DNA of 64,000 bases from a bacterium (GTDB taxonomy: Bacteria; Hinthialibacterota; Hinthialibacteria; Hinthialibacterales; Hinthialibacteraceae). The translations under genes and the position numbers were made by a program. Numbering within the stretch: position 1 is the stretch's first letter; the number at the start of each line of letters is the position of its first letter. This document shows positions 1-9,885 of the stretch, piece after piece. The DNA is taken from NCBI GenBank assembly GCA_963663405.2, contig CAXXSM010000118.1, positions 1-64,000 of the forward strand, given 5' to 3'. A model generated the notes under the pieces. The model did no database searches, had not been told where the DNA came from, and saw only the letters and a list, made by a program, of their open reading frames with translations.

Positions 1-1271
1 CATAGCGATCCGCGCCGCGTTGTTTTGTGTGGCGACGATCAGATTCGCCATGGTGATACGGCCTTTTTCATCCGTTTGGTAATGATGGAAAAGCGTGCCT
101 CGCGGGGCTTCTACGGCGCCAAAACCTTCCCTGGGAATCGTTGTTGGCAATACGCGAATCTCATCACTCGTTATTTCCGGATCGTTCGCCAATTCACGAA
201 GGCGTTCCGCCGCGTACAGCATTTCTATCAAACGCGCCCAATGGTTCGCTAAAGTGTGATGAACGGGTTTCGAACCGAAGAATTGAAACATGCGGTCATA
301 CGCTTCCTGAGCGAGCGGGCCGCCATTCCTCTGGCGGCGTTAAGACGCGCCAGAGGAGCGACGGCGAAAACCCCACTGTCCATGCCTTCTTGAAAACCTT
401 TCCAACCGATTTCCTTTAAATAACAAAATTTAATATAACTCCACGGCTCCACATGTTCGGCGATATAATCCAAGTATTTCTCGGGAGGGAATTTACAATA
501 TTCACTTCCATTCGGTTTCACGATACGCAACCGGCCCTCATAAAAATTAACGTTATTATTTTCATCCACCATACCCATGTAATAGGTTTTGTGGGTGTAG
601 GTTTCGGATGTCACCCATTCCACATAGCGTGGATTCTTCAGGACAACGTCGTGGAAAATCTCTAAGCTCATTTGACTGAATTCCACGGCGTGATCAGCGG
701 CGTCGATAAAACGCGGTTGATCTTCCTCGACGATTCCTTTGGACACTCCGCCCGGAAGCCCCATGACGGGATGAATGGCCTTCCCTCCCAAATAGGCCAT
801 CAACTCCCTGACTTCTTTGCGAAGACCGATGACTTTTTTTCCAACTTCCAAACCGGCTTGCCCGATGACGCCGAGAATATTTCGCTGGGTTTTCGGCGCA
901 TCGGGCCCCACCACGAAGTCCGGACCCCCGAGGAAGTAGAAATGAAGGGCATGATCTTCAATAAAGAAAAGACAGTACATCAATTCACGCAATTTCTTCG
1001 TTGCCGATGGTGGTTTGACTTGATAGAGATCATCAAGCGCCTTGGTGGCGGCCATGTGATGGGCGGTTGGACAGACGCCGCAGATACGGGATGTGATTTG
1101 GGGCATGTCCTCTGATGGCCGTCCCTGGGCGAATTTTTCGAATCCACGCAACTCAGGAACCTGGAAATACGCCCGATCCACGTCCCCTTCATTATTCAGA
1201 AAAATATCGATCTTGCCATGCCCTTCCAGACGAGTGATGGGATCAATGACGATTTTCCGATTCATGCGCAA
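1..1271 (-). CDS. mvhA: [NiFe]-hydrogenase large subunit, MvhA-like (group 3c); frameshifted near 317-319, 3' end runs off the window
   Basis: DPITRLEGH and RICGVC (L1) motifs. After ARGMAA the sequence continues in another frame as PLAQEAYDRMF...HWARLIEMLYAAE...[17 protein letters not shown]...NLIVAT, so one C is missing from a C run. Confidence 0.9.
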
Positions 1272-2254
1272 ACCTCGTTATGCCTTTTGTTCTCCCCTGG
1301 GAGCCGCTGGAATAATTGAGAGGCGGGTAGACAATACCGATACACCGTTCCCGCCGGATCAATGATTTGATCCAGCGTGGCTTCAATTTCGTGTTCTTCC
1401 CGGTTGTCAAAGAGAGAGGCGATCGCTGCGACCGCCTTGGCTCCGTAATCCTTGATTTGACTAATCGGCCCTATACAGCCAGTACAAGGCATATTGGCTT
1501 TTATACATGGGCTGTCGCATCCACATCGGGTCACAGGTCCCAAACAGAGAAATCCCTGCGCGAGAATGCAGCGCTCCGGATCAATCACCGCTTCATGAGG
1601 GCGTTTCCATTCGGTAATGTGAAACTCATCCGGTTTGGTCACTTTTCGTGGACATTCATGACACTGCGCAATATCCGGCGCCAAGACAGATCCACGCGCA
1701 GGGAGTTCCCCTCCTAGGAGAGCGCGTAACGCTTCTTTTATGAGTCGCGTGGGTGGGGGACAGCCGGGTAAGTAGTAGTCCACGGGGATCGTCTGGTCCA
1801 GCGTACGAACGGAGTCGCAAAAGCGGGGCAGTGTCACAATTCCTTCCGGTTGTCGAGTCTCCACCTGAGGCGTCATTTCATTCTGATTTAAAGACGGGGA
1901 TTCAAGATAACTGTTGCGGAGAATTTCTTTCGCGCTGATAAAATTCCCCATACCAGGGATACCGCCCAGATGCGCGCAGCTGCCAAAAGCGATGACGTAT
2001 TTTGACTTGCGCCGCAACAGGACGGCGGTCTCTTCTTCATCCGATGTGCGAACCGCGCCGTTGATAAAACTAACGTCAATTTCCCCGTCCGTCATCCGCT
2101 CTACATCTTCCTTTTTGAAATCCAGCGCGCAGGGCCAATACACAATGTCCACGGCTTCCACAACATTTAACAGTTCTTCGTGCAAGTCCACGATCGCTTC
2201 TTCACAACCGCCGCAGGAGGCGAGCCAGTTGAAGGCGGCCTTTATATTAACCAT
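1262..2254 (-). CDS. mvhG: [NiFe]-hydrogenase small subunit, MvhG-like
   Basis: WLASCGGCE, FGSCAHLGG, LPGCPP, CHEC and CLGPVTRCGC...C...PCTGC Fe-S motifs; lies between mvhD and mvhA. Confidence 0.9.
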   Translation of the reverse strand: MVNIKAAFNWLASCGGCEEAIVDLHEELLNVVEAVDIVYWPCALDFKKEDVERMTDGEIDVSFINGAVRTSDEEETAVLLRRKSKYVIAFGSCAHLGGIPGMGNFISAKEILRNSYLESPSLNQNEMTPQVETRQPEGIVTLPRFCDSVRTLDQTIPVDYYLPGCPPPTRLIKEALRALLGGELPARGSVLAPDIAQCHECPRKVTKPDEFHITEWKRPHEAVIDPERCILAQGFLCLGPVTRCGCDSPCIKANMPCTGCIGPISQIKDYGAKAVAAIASLFDNREEHEIEATLDQIIDPAGTVYRYCLPASQLFQRLPGENKRHNEVCA

Positions 2255-2765
2255 GACAGACGCCTCCTTCCTCCCTCACCACCGTCAAGACTTCCTCCTG
2301 CAGCGATTCGAAATCAGGTTGGGGAATCGGCGTCAAACACAATGGACCTAACGCTCGTATTTGTTCCGTCATTTCATTCATAACCCGCTGTACTTTGTCC
2401 CCCTCGGAGGCGGCGATCCATTCCAAACGCACACGTTCCTCCTCAATGCCCATAGTTCGTAAAAGACGTTTCAGTAGTTTATAGCGGCGCAGAGCTTTGA
2501 AATTGCCTTCTTGATAGTGACAATCACCGGGATGGCATCCACCGATTAAAACACCGTCCGCGCCTTGGCGCAGCGCCGACACAACGAATTGGGGATCAAG
2601 CCGTCCTGAACACATCACACGGATCACTCGAACATTCGGCGCATAACGGAGTCGTGAAACGCCTGCTAAATCCGCCGCTGTGTAGGTGCACCAATTACAA
2701 AAGAATGCGACGATCCGAGGTTCAAACAAATGAAGATCATTATTATTGACATCTGTTTCAGACAT
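2247..2765 (-). CDS. mvhD: hydrogenase iron-sulfur subunit MvhD/FlpD
   Basis: FEPRIVAFFCNWCTYTAADLAG, RVMCSGR, GCHPGDCHY motifs. Confidence 0.93.
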   Translation of the reverse strand: MSETDVNNNDLHLFEPRIVAFFCNWCTYTAADLAGVSRLRYAPNVRVIRVMCSGRLDPQFVVSALRQGADGVLIGGCHPGDCHYQEGNFKALRRYKLLKRLLRTMGIEEERVRLEWIAASEGDKVQRVMNEMTEQIRALGPLCLTPIPQPDFESLQEEVLTVVREEGGVCHG

Positions 2766-4776
2766 AACTCAGCAATCCCTCAATCTCTTGGTAAATTTGC
2801 TCGTCGGTGAACAACCGCTGCTGCGCCGCGCCGGACGGACAGGCGGCTACGCAGGTTCCACATCCTTTGCAAAGAGCCTCATTGACTGTGGACGTCAATC
2901 CATTTTCACTTGGTGTGATCGCGCTGAATGGACATAGAGCGATACACACACGGCATCCGCTGCACCGATTTTCCTCAATGTGAGCGGTATTAGGTTCTAA
3001 TTGAACAAAACCTTTATCGATCATGGAGAGCGCCTCGCATGCGGCCGCTCCCGCCTGCGCCACTGTGTCCGGAATATCTTTCGGTCCTTGACACGTTCCG
3101 GCGAGAAAAATACCATCCGTCGTGGTGGACACAGGGGCTAACTTGGGATGACGTTCGGTAAACCATCCATCATGGCTGCAAGAGATATTGAACTGGCGAC
3201 GGATCTCATCCGCGTCCTCCCGCGCCTCCAATCCAACGGAAAGAACCACCATATCCACTGGGATACGCCGTGCGATTCCCACCAATGTATCTTCGACACG
3301 AAGAACCAATTTCCCTTCTTCCTCGGGTCTCCTGGCCCAATCCGTCACCTCGGCTACCCGGCCGCGGATGAAATGGATTTTTTCGTCTAGCAACCGGTCA
3401 TAAAACTCGTCGTATCCTTTGCCGGGTGTGCGCATATCAATATAAAAATTATAGATTTCGGCGCCGGTTCGTTCTTTAATTAAGTGCGCCAGTTTGAGAG
3501 AATACATACAACAGACGCGGGAACAATACGAATGATTTTTCTTATCCCTTGAACCCACGCAATGAATGATCCCAACTGACTTAGGCGTCTCTCCATTACG
3601 CCGGACAATTTTCCCTTGTGTGGGTCCAGCGGCGTTTGTAAAACGCTCCATTTCCAGACTCGTATACACATCTTCGTATTTACCATATCCATATTGGGGA
3701 ATCCGGCGGGGATCAAACGTTTGGTAACCAGTGGCTAAAATAATCGCTCCCACTTCGATCTCCTCAAACGTTTCTTTCATACTAAAATCAATCGCGTTTT
3801 TTTCACATACATTCATACATGACCGCTTACATTTCCCTTTTGTCAATTGTATACATTGATTAGGATCAATCAGAACGATGGGCGGTGTCGCCTGGGGAAA
3901 CGGCATGTAAATCGGTTTCCGGAAACTGAATCCCAGGTTGAATTCATCCGCGAAGCGGGGTTTTTTAAAAACACACGCCTCCACGCACAACATACATCCA
4001 ACACAATCGTCTTCTTTCACATAGCGTGGTTTCCGTTTGACTTTGATCTTGAACTGCCCCGCGTATCCCTTGACTTCCTCGACCTCGGAATAGGTCCAAA
4101 GAACAATATTCGGATGATTTTTGACATCGGACATTTTTGGAGTGAGGATACAGGCGGAACAATCCAGTGTGGGGAAAGTTTTATCGAACATGGCCATATG
4201 GCCGCCGATAGTGGGTTCCCGTTCCACCAGATACACTTTCCGACCGGCGTCGGCGATCACCAACGCCGCGAAAATACCCGCAATTCCTCCCCCCACAATC
4301 AACACCGCGGGATTGACCGGACTCTGTTGGCTGTCCAACGCCTCATGCGATTGCACGCGTTGGACCGCAGCGGCGACCAAGGCTTTAGCCTTATCCGTTC
4401 CAAGAGCGTTGTCGAGTGTCACCCAGCTGACATGCTCACGGATGTTCGCCATTTGAAAATAAAATGGATTCAGTCCGGCGTCTTGCGCCGTTTTCCGGAA
4501 AGTACGTTCATGCAGCAATGGAGAACAGGAGGCGACAACGATCCGGTTCAGTTTGTGTTCACAGATATCATCTTGAATCATGTCCTGACCAGGATCGGAG
4601 CACATAAATTTGTTTTCGCGAGCGATAACAACGTGCGGTAGACCTCTCGCGAATTCCGCTACCTGCTGTGTGTTGACCACGCTTGCGATGTTTAATCCAC
4701 AGTGACAAATGTATACACCGATCCGCGGTATTTTCCCATTGTTTTCACTTGATATGGGCATTGATATCCCTTTCAA
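2758..4776 (-). CDS. hdrA: heterodisulfide reductase flavoprotein subunit A
   Basis: RIGVYICHCG, ANIREHVSW, GGGIAG FAD motif, DKTFPTLDCSACIL, CVGSRD, CSRVCCMY, C-terminal 2x[4Fe-4S] ferredoxin. Confidence 0.95.
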   Translation of the reverse strand: MKGISMPISSENNGKIPRIGVYICHCGLNIASVVNTQQVAEFARGLPHVVIARENKFMCSDPGQDMIQDDICEHKLNRIVVASCSPLLHERTFRKTAQDAGLNPFYFQMANIREHVSWVTLDNALGTDKAKALVAAAVQRVQSHEALDSQQSPVNPAVLIVGGGIAGIFAALVIADAGRKVYLVEREPTIGGHMAMFDKTFPTLDCSACILTPKMSDVKNHPNIVLWTYSEVEEVKGYAGQFKIKVKRKPRYVKEDDCVGCMLCVEACVFKKPRFADEFNLGFSFRKPIYMPFPQATPPIVLIDPNQCIQLTKGKCKRSCMNVCEKNAIDFSMKETFEEIEVGAIILATGYQTFDPRRIPQYGYGKYEDVYTSLEMERFTNAAGPTQGKIVRRNGETPKSVGIIHCVGSRDKKNHSYCSRVCCMYSLKLAHLIKERTGAEIYNFYIDMRTPGKGYDEFYDRLLDEKIHFIRGRVAEVTDWARRPEEEGKLVLRVEDTLVGIARRIPVDMVVLSVGLEAREDADEIRRQFNISCSHDGWFTERHPKLAPVSTTTDGIFLAGTCQGPKDIPDTVAQAGAAACEALSMIDKGFVQLEPNTAHIEENRCSGCRVCIALCPFSAITPSENGLTSTVNEALCKGCGTCVAACPSGAAQQRLFTDEQIYQEIEGLLSYV

Positions 4777-5657
4777 GAAACGGCGGCGATATAGGCTGGC
4801 GGCACAAACAACCGGCGCATACCAAGCCGCTTTTCCTCAATTCCAAACGCCATTCCCATGATTTGCGTAAAATAGGCGACTGCCATATGCGCGTCATCAT
4901 GATAACGGGTTTGCCATTGTTTTTGATAACATTCCAAGTTGAAGTGACAAAGAGGGCAGGACGTGGCGATGATGTTCGCTCCCCGGTTGATAGCTTCTTT
5001 TACAAGAATGAAACTTAATCGATGACCGAGTTCTTCGATGGTCCCAGTCAGAGAACCGCCGCAGCAACGGGTCTTGAGCGGCCAATCGACGGTTTCCGCA
5101 CCAAGCGCCCACATTAATTGATTCATGGAAGTGGGATTGTATTGATCATCGAACGTCGCGTAGGGCCGGACAATCTGACAGCCGTAATAACAGGCCACAC
5201 GCATTCCTTCCAACGGTTTTTTCACCGCCGTCTTAATTCGTTCAACGCCGATGTCATGAAGTAGAATATCCAATGGATGGCGGACATGGACACCTCCACT
5301 ATACGTCATATCTCCCGCCGCCAATGCGGTGTGGATTTTATTTCCGATAGACTCATTTTCGGTGATATATCGCTGCGCTTTATTTAAAACCAAGTAGCAT
5401 GCGTTGCACGGCGCGATTAGATCGGCAGGCGGCGTGTCCGTATCCATTCTTTCCGCCAAAGCCAGATTCCGAGCCGCCAAGGCGAACGCTTTCAATTCAT
5501 CCACGGCCATATACGCGGTTGCGCCGCAGCAGTTCCAATCCGGCAACTCCTCTACCAGAACATCCAACGCCTGGAACACAGCCAACATCGATTCTTCATA
5601 AGCCCGTCCCGTGCCTTTTAAAGAGCAGCCGGGATAATAAAGATAGCGCATGTGCAT
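4773..5657 (-). CDS. hdrB: heterodisulfide reductase subunit B (CCG domains)
   Basis: YYPGCSL, WNCCGA, YYGCQIVRP, RCCGG, CPLCHFNL. Confidence 0.93.
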   Translation of the reverse strand: MHMRYLYYPGCSLKGTGRAYEESMLAVFQALDVLVEELPDWNCCGATAYMAVDELKAFALAARNLALAERMDTDTPPADLIAPCNACYLVLNKAQRYITENESIGNKIHTALAAGDMTYSGGVHVRHPLDILLHDIGVERIKTAVKKPLEGMRVACYYGCQIVRPYATFDDQYNPTSMNQLMWALGAETVDWPLKTRCCGGSLTGTIEELGHRLSFILVKEAINRGANIIATSCPLCHFNLECYQKQWQTRYHDDAHMAVAYFTQIMGMAFGIEEKRLGMRRLFVPPAYIAAVS

Positions 5658-5682
5658 TAATCCTTCGCTGAATGATGTCGGC

Positions 5683-6258
5683 TTAGTCTAACGCCGATAA
5701 GATCTTCCGTAGTTCGTCACGATTTTGAATCACATCGGAATGAAGTCCGATGCGTCCTTGGCGCCAGAGTTTCAGCCCTAACAGGGCCTGTTTGAAGATT
5801 TTCAAGGGATTGGTTTTTAATAAGACTTTCGTCATTAATATTCCTTCGTTGTTCCGGCCTTTGGCAAAAACGGATTTGAAGAATTCCCGCGCCAGGACCG
5901 TCACAGGAAAACGCCGGGGATAGCGCCCTTCTTCGATCGCTTTCTGTTTGAGCGCATACATAATATCCGTAATTTTAATTTGTTTCGGACATTCTACAGC
6001 GCAGGAATAACACGAGGCGCACAACCAAATGGAATAACTCTCCAATACATCCTGTTTCAATCCTTCTCGCGTCATCGCGACAATGCGGCGTGGCGTGTAA
6101 TCCATATAAGCGCTTATCGGACAAGCGCCGCCACACGTTCCACATTGGATGCAATGAAACAAATCCTCACAACCGGCCTTTTCCACGATTTCCTTGGCGA
6201 AATGTGAATCTAATTCCGATTCATACTTAATTTTCCGCTTTGCTTTCCTAAAATCCAT
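5683..6258 (-). CDS. hdrC: heterodisulfide reductase subunit C
   Basis: CIQCGTCGGACP and WLCASCYSCAVECP [4Fe-4S] motifs; directly upstream of hdrB. Confidence 0.92.
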   Translation of the reverse strand: MDFRKAKRKIKYESELDSHFAKEIVEKAGCEDLFHCIQCGTCGGACPISAYMDYTPRRIVAMTREGLKQDVLESYSIWLCASCYSCAVECPKQIKITDIMYALKQKAIEEGRYPRRFPVTVLAREFFKSVFAKGRNNEGILMTKVLLKTNPLKIFKQALLGLKLWRQGRIGLHSDVIQNRDELRKILSALD

Positions 6259-6281
6259 CGGGGCTTCCCTCTTTACGATAT

Positions 6282-7031
6282 CTATTTCTTATTCTTTGAT
6301 TCCTCAGTCTTTATGAATTTAAGTACCCCCAATTCAATTAACTTGTTGACAATATGTTTTGCATTTTCCTCAGGCGTACGCTTCATCGTGTCACAGACAA
6401 CTTCTGGATAAGCCGGGGATTCATAGGGATCATCAACTCCAGTAAAGTGTTTTATTTCACCGGCGCGCGCCTTGGTGTACATCCCTTTTACATCACGGCG
6501 CTCACATTCTTCGAGGGGGCATTTTACATAGACTTCCACATAATGTTGGATCAGATTCCGGTTCTCTTGACGAATAGAACGGTAAGGGCTGATCGCCGAC
6601 GCAATAGCGATGATTCCATTTCGCGTAAGCAGGTTACACACAAATCCGATACGCCTGATATTCGTGTCACGATCTTCTTGTGAAAAACCAAGATCTTTCG
6701 ACAAATTAGAACGAACCCACTCGCCGTCTAACACTTCGAATTTCAATCCGCGGTTATTGAATAAAGGCGTCAAGTGATTGCATATCGTTGTTTTTCCAGA
6801 GCATGGAAGACCTGTAAACCATAAAGAAAATCCTTTTTGCCCCGCCGGCGCAAAAGGCGCGTACCATCCGGGATGACATACCCATGTCTTCTCTTCATCT
6901 GAGGATATACCACCTGGACTCATACTTTTTGTTTTCTTTTTCTCGATGTATTTATTAATAATTAAGCAAATACCGCGCCAAGACAGTGGTGGGTAATCCA
7001 TATTCCAATGAATCAAGTCATGGTAATCCAT
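6282..7031 (-). CDS. cysC: adenylyl-sulfate (APS) kinase; true start possibly the ATG at 6923
   Basis: WFTGLPCSGKTT P-loop, LDGEWVRSNL, LGFSQEDRDTNIRRI, ISPY, RDVKGMY, FTGVDDPYE. Confidence 0.92.
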   Translation of the reverse strand: MDYHDLIHWNMDYPPLSWRGICLIINKYIEKKKTKSMSPGGISSDEEKTWVCHPGWYAPFAPAGQKGFSLWFTGLPCSGKTTICNHLTPLFNNRGLKFEVLDGEWVRSNLSKDLGFSQEDRDTNIRRIGFVCNLLTRNGIIAIASAISPYRSIRQENRNLIQHYVEVYVKCPLEECERRDVKGMYTKARAGEIKHFTGVDDPYESPAYPEVVCDTMKRTPEENAKHIVNKLIELGVLKFIKTEESKNKK

Positions 7032-7151
7032 GAATTGAAAAAAAAATTACTAGGATAAATAAAGGTCACTCAAGGCGCCACGTGGTTTAATTTGCGTAAG
7101 AAATCATGACTTATTAAGGAAAGGGAATTGGTCAGCCAGTTGAAGTGAATG

Positions 7152-7240
7152 ATTCCTCCCCAAGTTGAAGGAGGTTAGGAGGGGATTGTCCTATTGATGC
7201 TCAATCCCCCTCTAACTCCCCTCAGGCTTGGGGGGAGAAT
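7152..7240. repeat. imperfect ~37-bp inverted repeat (REP-like palindrome)
   Basis: attcctccccaagttgaaggaggttaggaggggattg (7152-7188) pairs imperfectly with caatccccctctaactcccctcaggcttggggggagaat (7202-7240). Confidence 0.7.
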
Positions 7241-7633
7241 AACACTCATCATGCTTTGCATAATGATTTTCGTAATCTTATCACTTCATATGCCTAACCT
7301 GTATATAAGGTGAGAATCTATAATCATGTCCTCAATCGTAAGACGAATCAACGATCATTAAGAGAAGGAATAAATAAACCAATGGTTCAACACGTAAATA
7401 TCACAATATTTTTCAAATGAATGCGCCTTTCATTATACAGCGCTATTCGGATATTATTTATTGTGTCATTTAAATGCCATTCAACTAGTATATATACTCG
7501 AAATACAATTAAATATAATAGAATAACTATCGTATATTATAGAATATATTACAAATACGTTCTCAAAAAAACTTGTAATGTCTTTCATTCACCGGCTGTG
7601 TATCCAGAGCGGTCATAAAATCCACAGCATTCT

Positions 7634-9832
7634 TCATCTTAGACTTGGAATACATTTTCTGTCGTAGTCGTCTTGCAGGCCTATCCGATCAAAAGGTATA
7701 GGTTTAAAACCGGTTTCCCAAACCGGGGAATCTTTGGAGATATGAAAATCCGTTTCAGGCCTTCCCACTTTACTAAGGTCTTCTGTCACGTAATTATCCC
7801 GTACATTGAAGAGTTCCGGTTTTGCATTCCAGCTTATTTCCAACCACTTACCGAAACAAACATTACGGGTGATGAGATTTCCTTCCGGTGGCACGCCTGT
7901 AAATGAATCGCCTGTGATGGATTCTCCGTCAGGCGGGCCATAATAAGCGTCCAGCGTTTTCAGTTCGGGGTAGCGCCGCCGGTACAGTTTGTGTGGAACC
8001 GCCCAAAGACGTTCCCGCATGGTTCGATCAACCATGTTCCGCCAGACTGGTTTCGTGTCTAGACCGCGTCCATCGGCGCGTATGGCTGGATCACAGTCTA
8101 CAAACAGGTTGTTTACGACGCGATGGTCACGTCCTCCGCCAATAAACATGGCCCAATGCGCTTGATAAAATACATTGCCGAACACTTCCGTACCACTTAC
8201 ACAATCGTCCATATAAACACCCATAGAGCCCATCCCAACACCGCCGGTTTCATGGATGAAATTATGACGGATACTGTTCCCTCGGAACGAGTAGTCTCTT
8301 CCTGTGTAAATTGCGCCTACATCACCGGTTTCCAATGCAATATGATGGATGTCATTGAACTCAATAAGATGATCGTTCCCCCAAAATAGAATTGCGCAAT
8401 GGGGGTGGTCATGAATAAGATTGTGTGATGCGCGTAATCCTACGCCAGTCATCGAGACGGCGGGCACATAGCACTTAGACCAGCGTCCCAGCCGGGCGAA
8501 ATGACAATTTTCTACATAATGGCGGCCGGGCGTGAGAGTCTGACGATCACCGCCCTTCAAGCTGACGCCGCCATCCCCGGTGTCGAATACGTCACAGCTC
8601 ATTACGCCATGATTCTGGCCGTCAGTAATGATAACAGCCCAATTTCCGATATTGCGCAGGAGACAACTAACAATTCGATTGCCCTCGCCGCCTGTAATTT
8701 CGATGGCGTTACCGCGCATCGCCTCAAATACAATACCGCGCAAGGTGAGATAACTTGCGCTGGTCAGTTTGAGCAGTGGGGCCTCCAGTTGTGAGTACAA
8801 CACCTCGCCTGACTCGATTGGACTGGGTGGCCAGAAATAAAGGACGCCTGTTTTTGTATCCACGAACCATTCACCGGGTTCGTCGAGTTCCTCCAGTATA
8901 TTAAGGTAGTAGAAACGTTGTTTTTTTCTAAATCCGTAGTTCCCATAGGGCTTCGCCGTCCGGATGAATCGGCGCGATGGATCCAGTTCAATAATACGCT
9001 CGTAACTGTTGGCCCAATCGTAGGCCCAATAACCGTGAATCCATATATTTTCTGTGCTCTTCCATCGCGCCGGCCGATTGCTTTCATAAAAGAAACCAGC
9101 GGAAAGCGTTCCGAGAGTTGTGCCGTGTCCATCGTCGGCGCCTGCCTCTTTAGGGAAGTCTTTGATTTGTTCCCAACCGCCTTCATTTGGCCAGCGCGCG
9201 AGTGTCATTGGATGGCTCTTAAAAAATAATTCACCATGGGCGGGTACAGTGGGTCTGGCGAAACCTCGTGATTGCATGGCTCCGAACTCATGGATGCCCT
9301 GTTTCCGTAGGTCAGCCTGCAGAACGTTGTCCCGCGCAGATTCATCAAGGCGGGCGCGCACATTGGGATCGACGATCTTCTGGAATCCTGAGATTTTTTG
9401 TCCACCAAGTAGTCGAACGCGTTCATTGTTGTAGGCGCGCCATTCAATCGGCGCCTCTGACGTCCCCGAATCTTCAGCAGTCAATTCAAAAGTATGTGAG
9501 CGAAGATAATCCCCCCCGTGCAGCCAGATGGTTATACCGTCTTTGGGCAGAGTCTCATTTCGCTTCAGTTCCCGAACCGCGTCACGCGCGCGTTCAAACG
9601 TAGCGAATGGTTTCAGTTTTGTCCCAGGATTGTCGTCGGTTCCTTTGGGAGAGATAAAGATGTCAGCATGAGCCATCAATGCGCACAACATCGGCGCCAT
9701 CAATCCAATTAGAATTCGATTTGATAAGTAAAATGTAATATGATATCTTCTATCCGATAAACGTAGATCGTTCCAATGCGTTGATTTCATCTTAATGTAG
9801 TCTCCTTTCCAATCTAAAACAAATAATTCCAA
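7634..9832 (-). CDS. secreted right-handed parallel beta-helix protein (putative glycoside hydrolase/lyase); real start probably downstream of 9832
   Basis: IFISPKGTDDNPGTKLKPFAT..ARDAVR N-terminus, LARWPN, LEELDEPGEW, beta-helix repeats, ETGDVGAIY, GVYMDD. Confidence 0.75.
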   Translation of the reverse strand: MELFVLDWKGDYIKMKSTHWNDLRLSDRRYHITFYLSNRILIGLMAPMLCALMAHADIFISPKGTDDNPGTKLKPFATFERARDAVRELKRNETLPKDGITIWLHGGDYLRSHTFELTAEDSGTSEAPIEWRAYNNERVRLLGGQKISGFQKIVDPNVRARLDESARDNVLQADLRKQGIHEFGAMQSRGFARPTVPAHGELFFKSHPMTLARWPNEGGWEQIKDFPKEAGADDGHGTTLGTLSAGFFYESNRPARWKSTENIWIHGYWAYDWANSYERIIELDPSRRFIRTAKPYGNYGFRKKQRFYYLNILEELDEPGEWFVDTKTGVLYFWPPSPIESGEVLYSQLEAPLLKLTSASYLTLRGIVFEAMRGNAIEITGGEGNRIVSCLLRNIGNWAVIITDGQNHGVMSCDVFDTGDGGVSLKGGDRQTLTPGRHYVENCHFARLGRWSKCYVPAVSMTGVGLRASHNLIHDHPHCAILFWGNDHLIEFNDIHHIALETGDVGAIYTGRDYSFRGNSIRHNFIHETGGVGMGSMGVYMDDCVSGTEVFGNVFYQAHWAMFIGGGRDHRVVNNLFVDCDPAIRADGRGLDTKPVWRNMVDRTMRERLWAVPHKLYRRRYPELKTLDAYYGPPDGESITGDSFTGVPPEGNLITRNVCFGKWLEISWNAKPELFNVRDNYVTEDLSKVGRPETDFHISKDSPVWETGFKPIPFDRIGLQDDYDRKCIPSLR

Positions 9833-9885
9833 GTATCTTTACCAGTATAGACTTTAAGAAAAAATGATGAAATATTGTAATGAAA

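Noticed and set aside
3847-4641. Long antisense ORFs over conserved genes (e.g. 3847-4641, 19402-19995, 38165-38761)
   Set aside because: They fully overlap well-supported genes on the other strand and show no motifs
1-6258. Selenocysteine in Mvh/Hdr subunits
   Set aside because: The visible motifs use Cys codons with no in-frame TGA. The mvhA break is a frameshift, and its C-terminal motif is outside the window.
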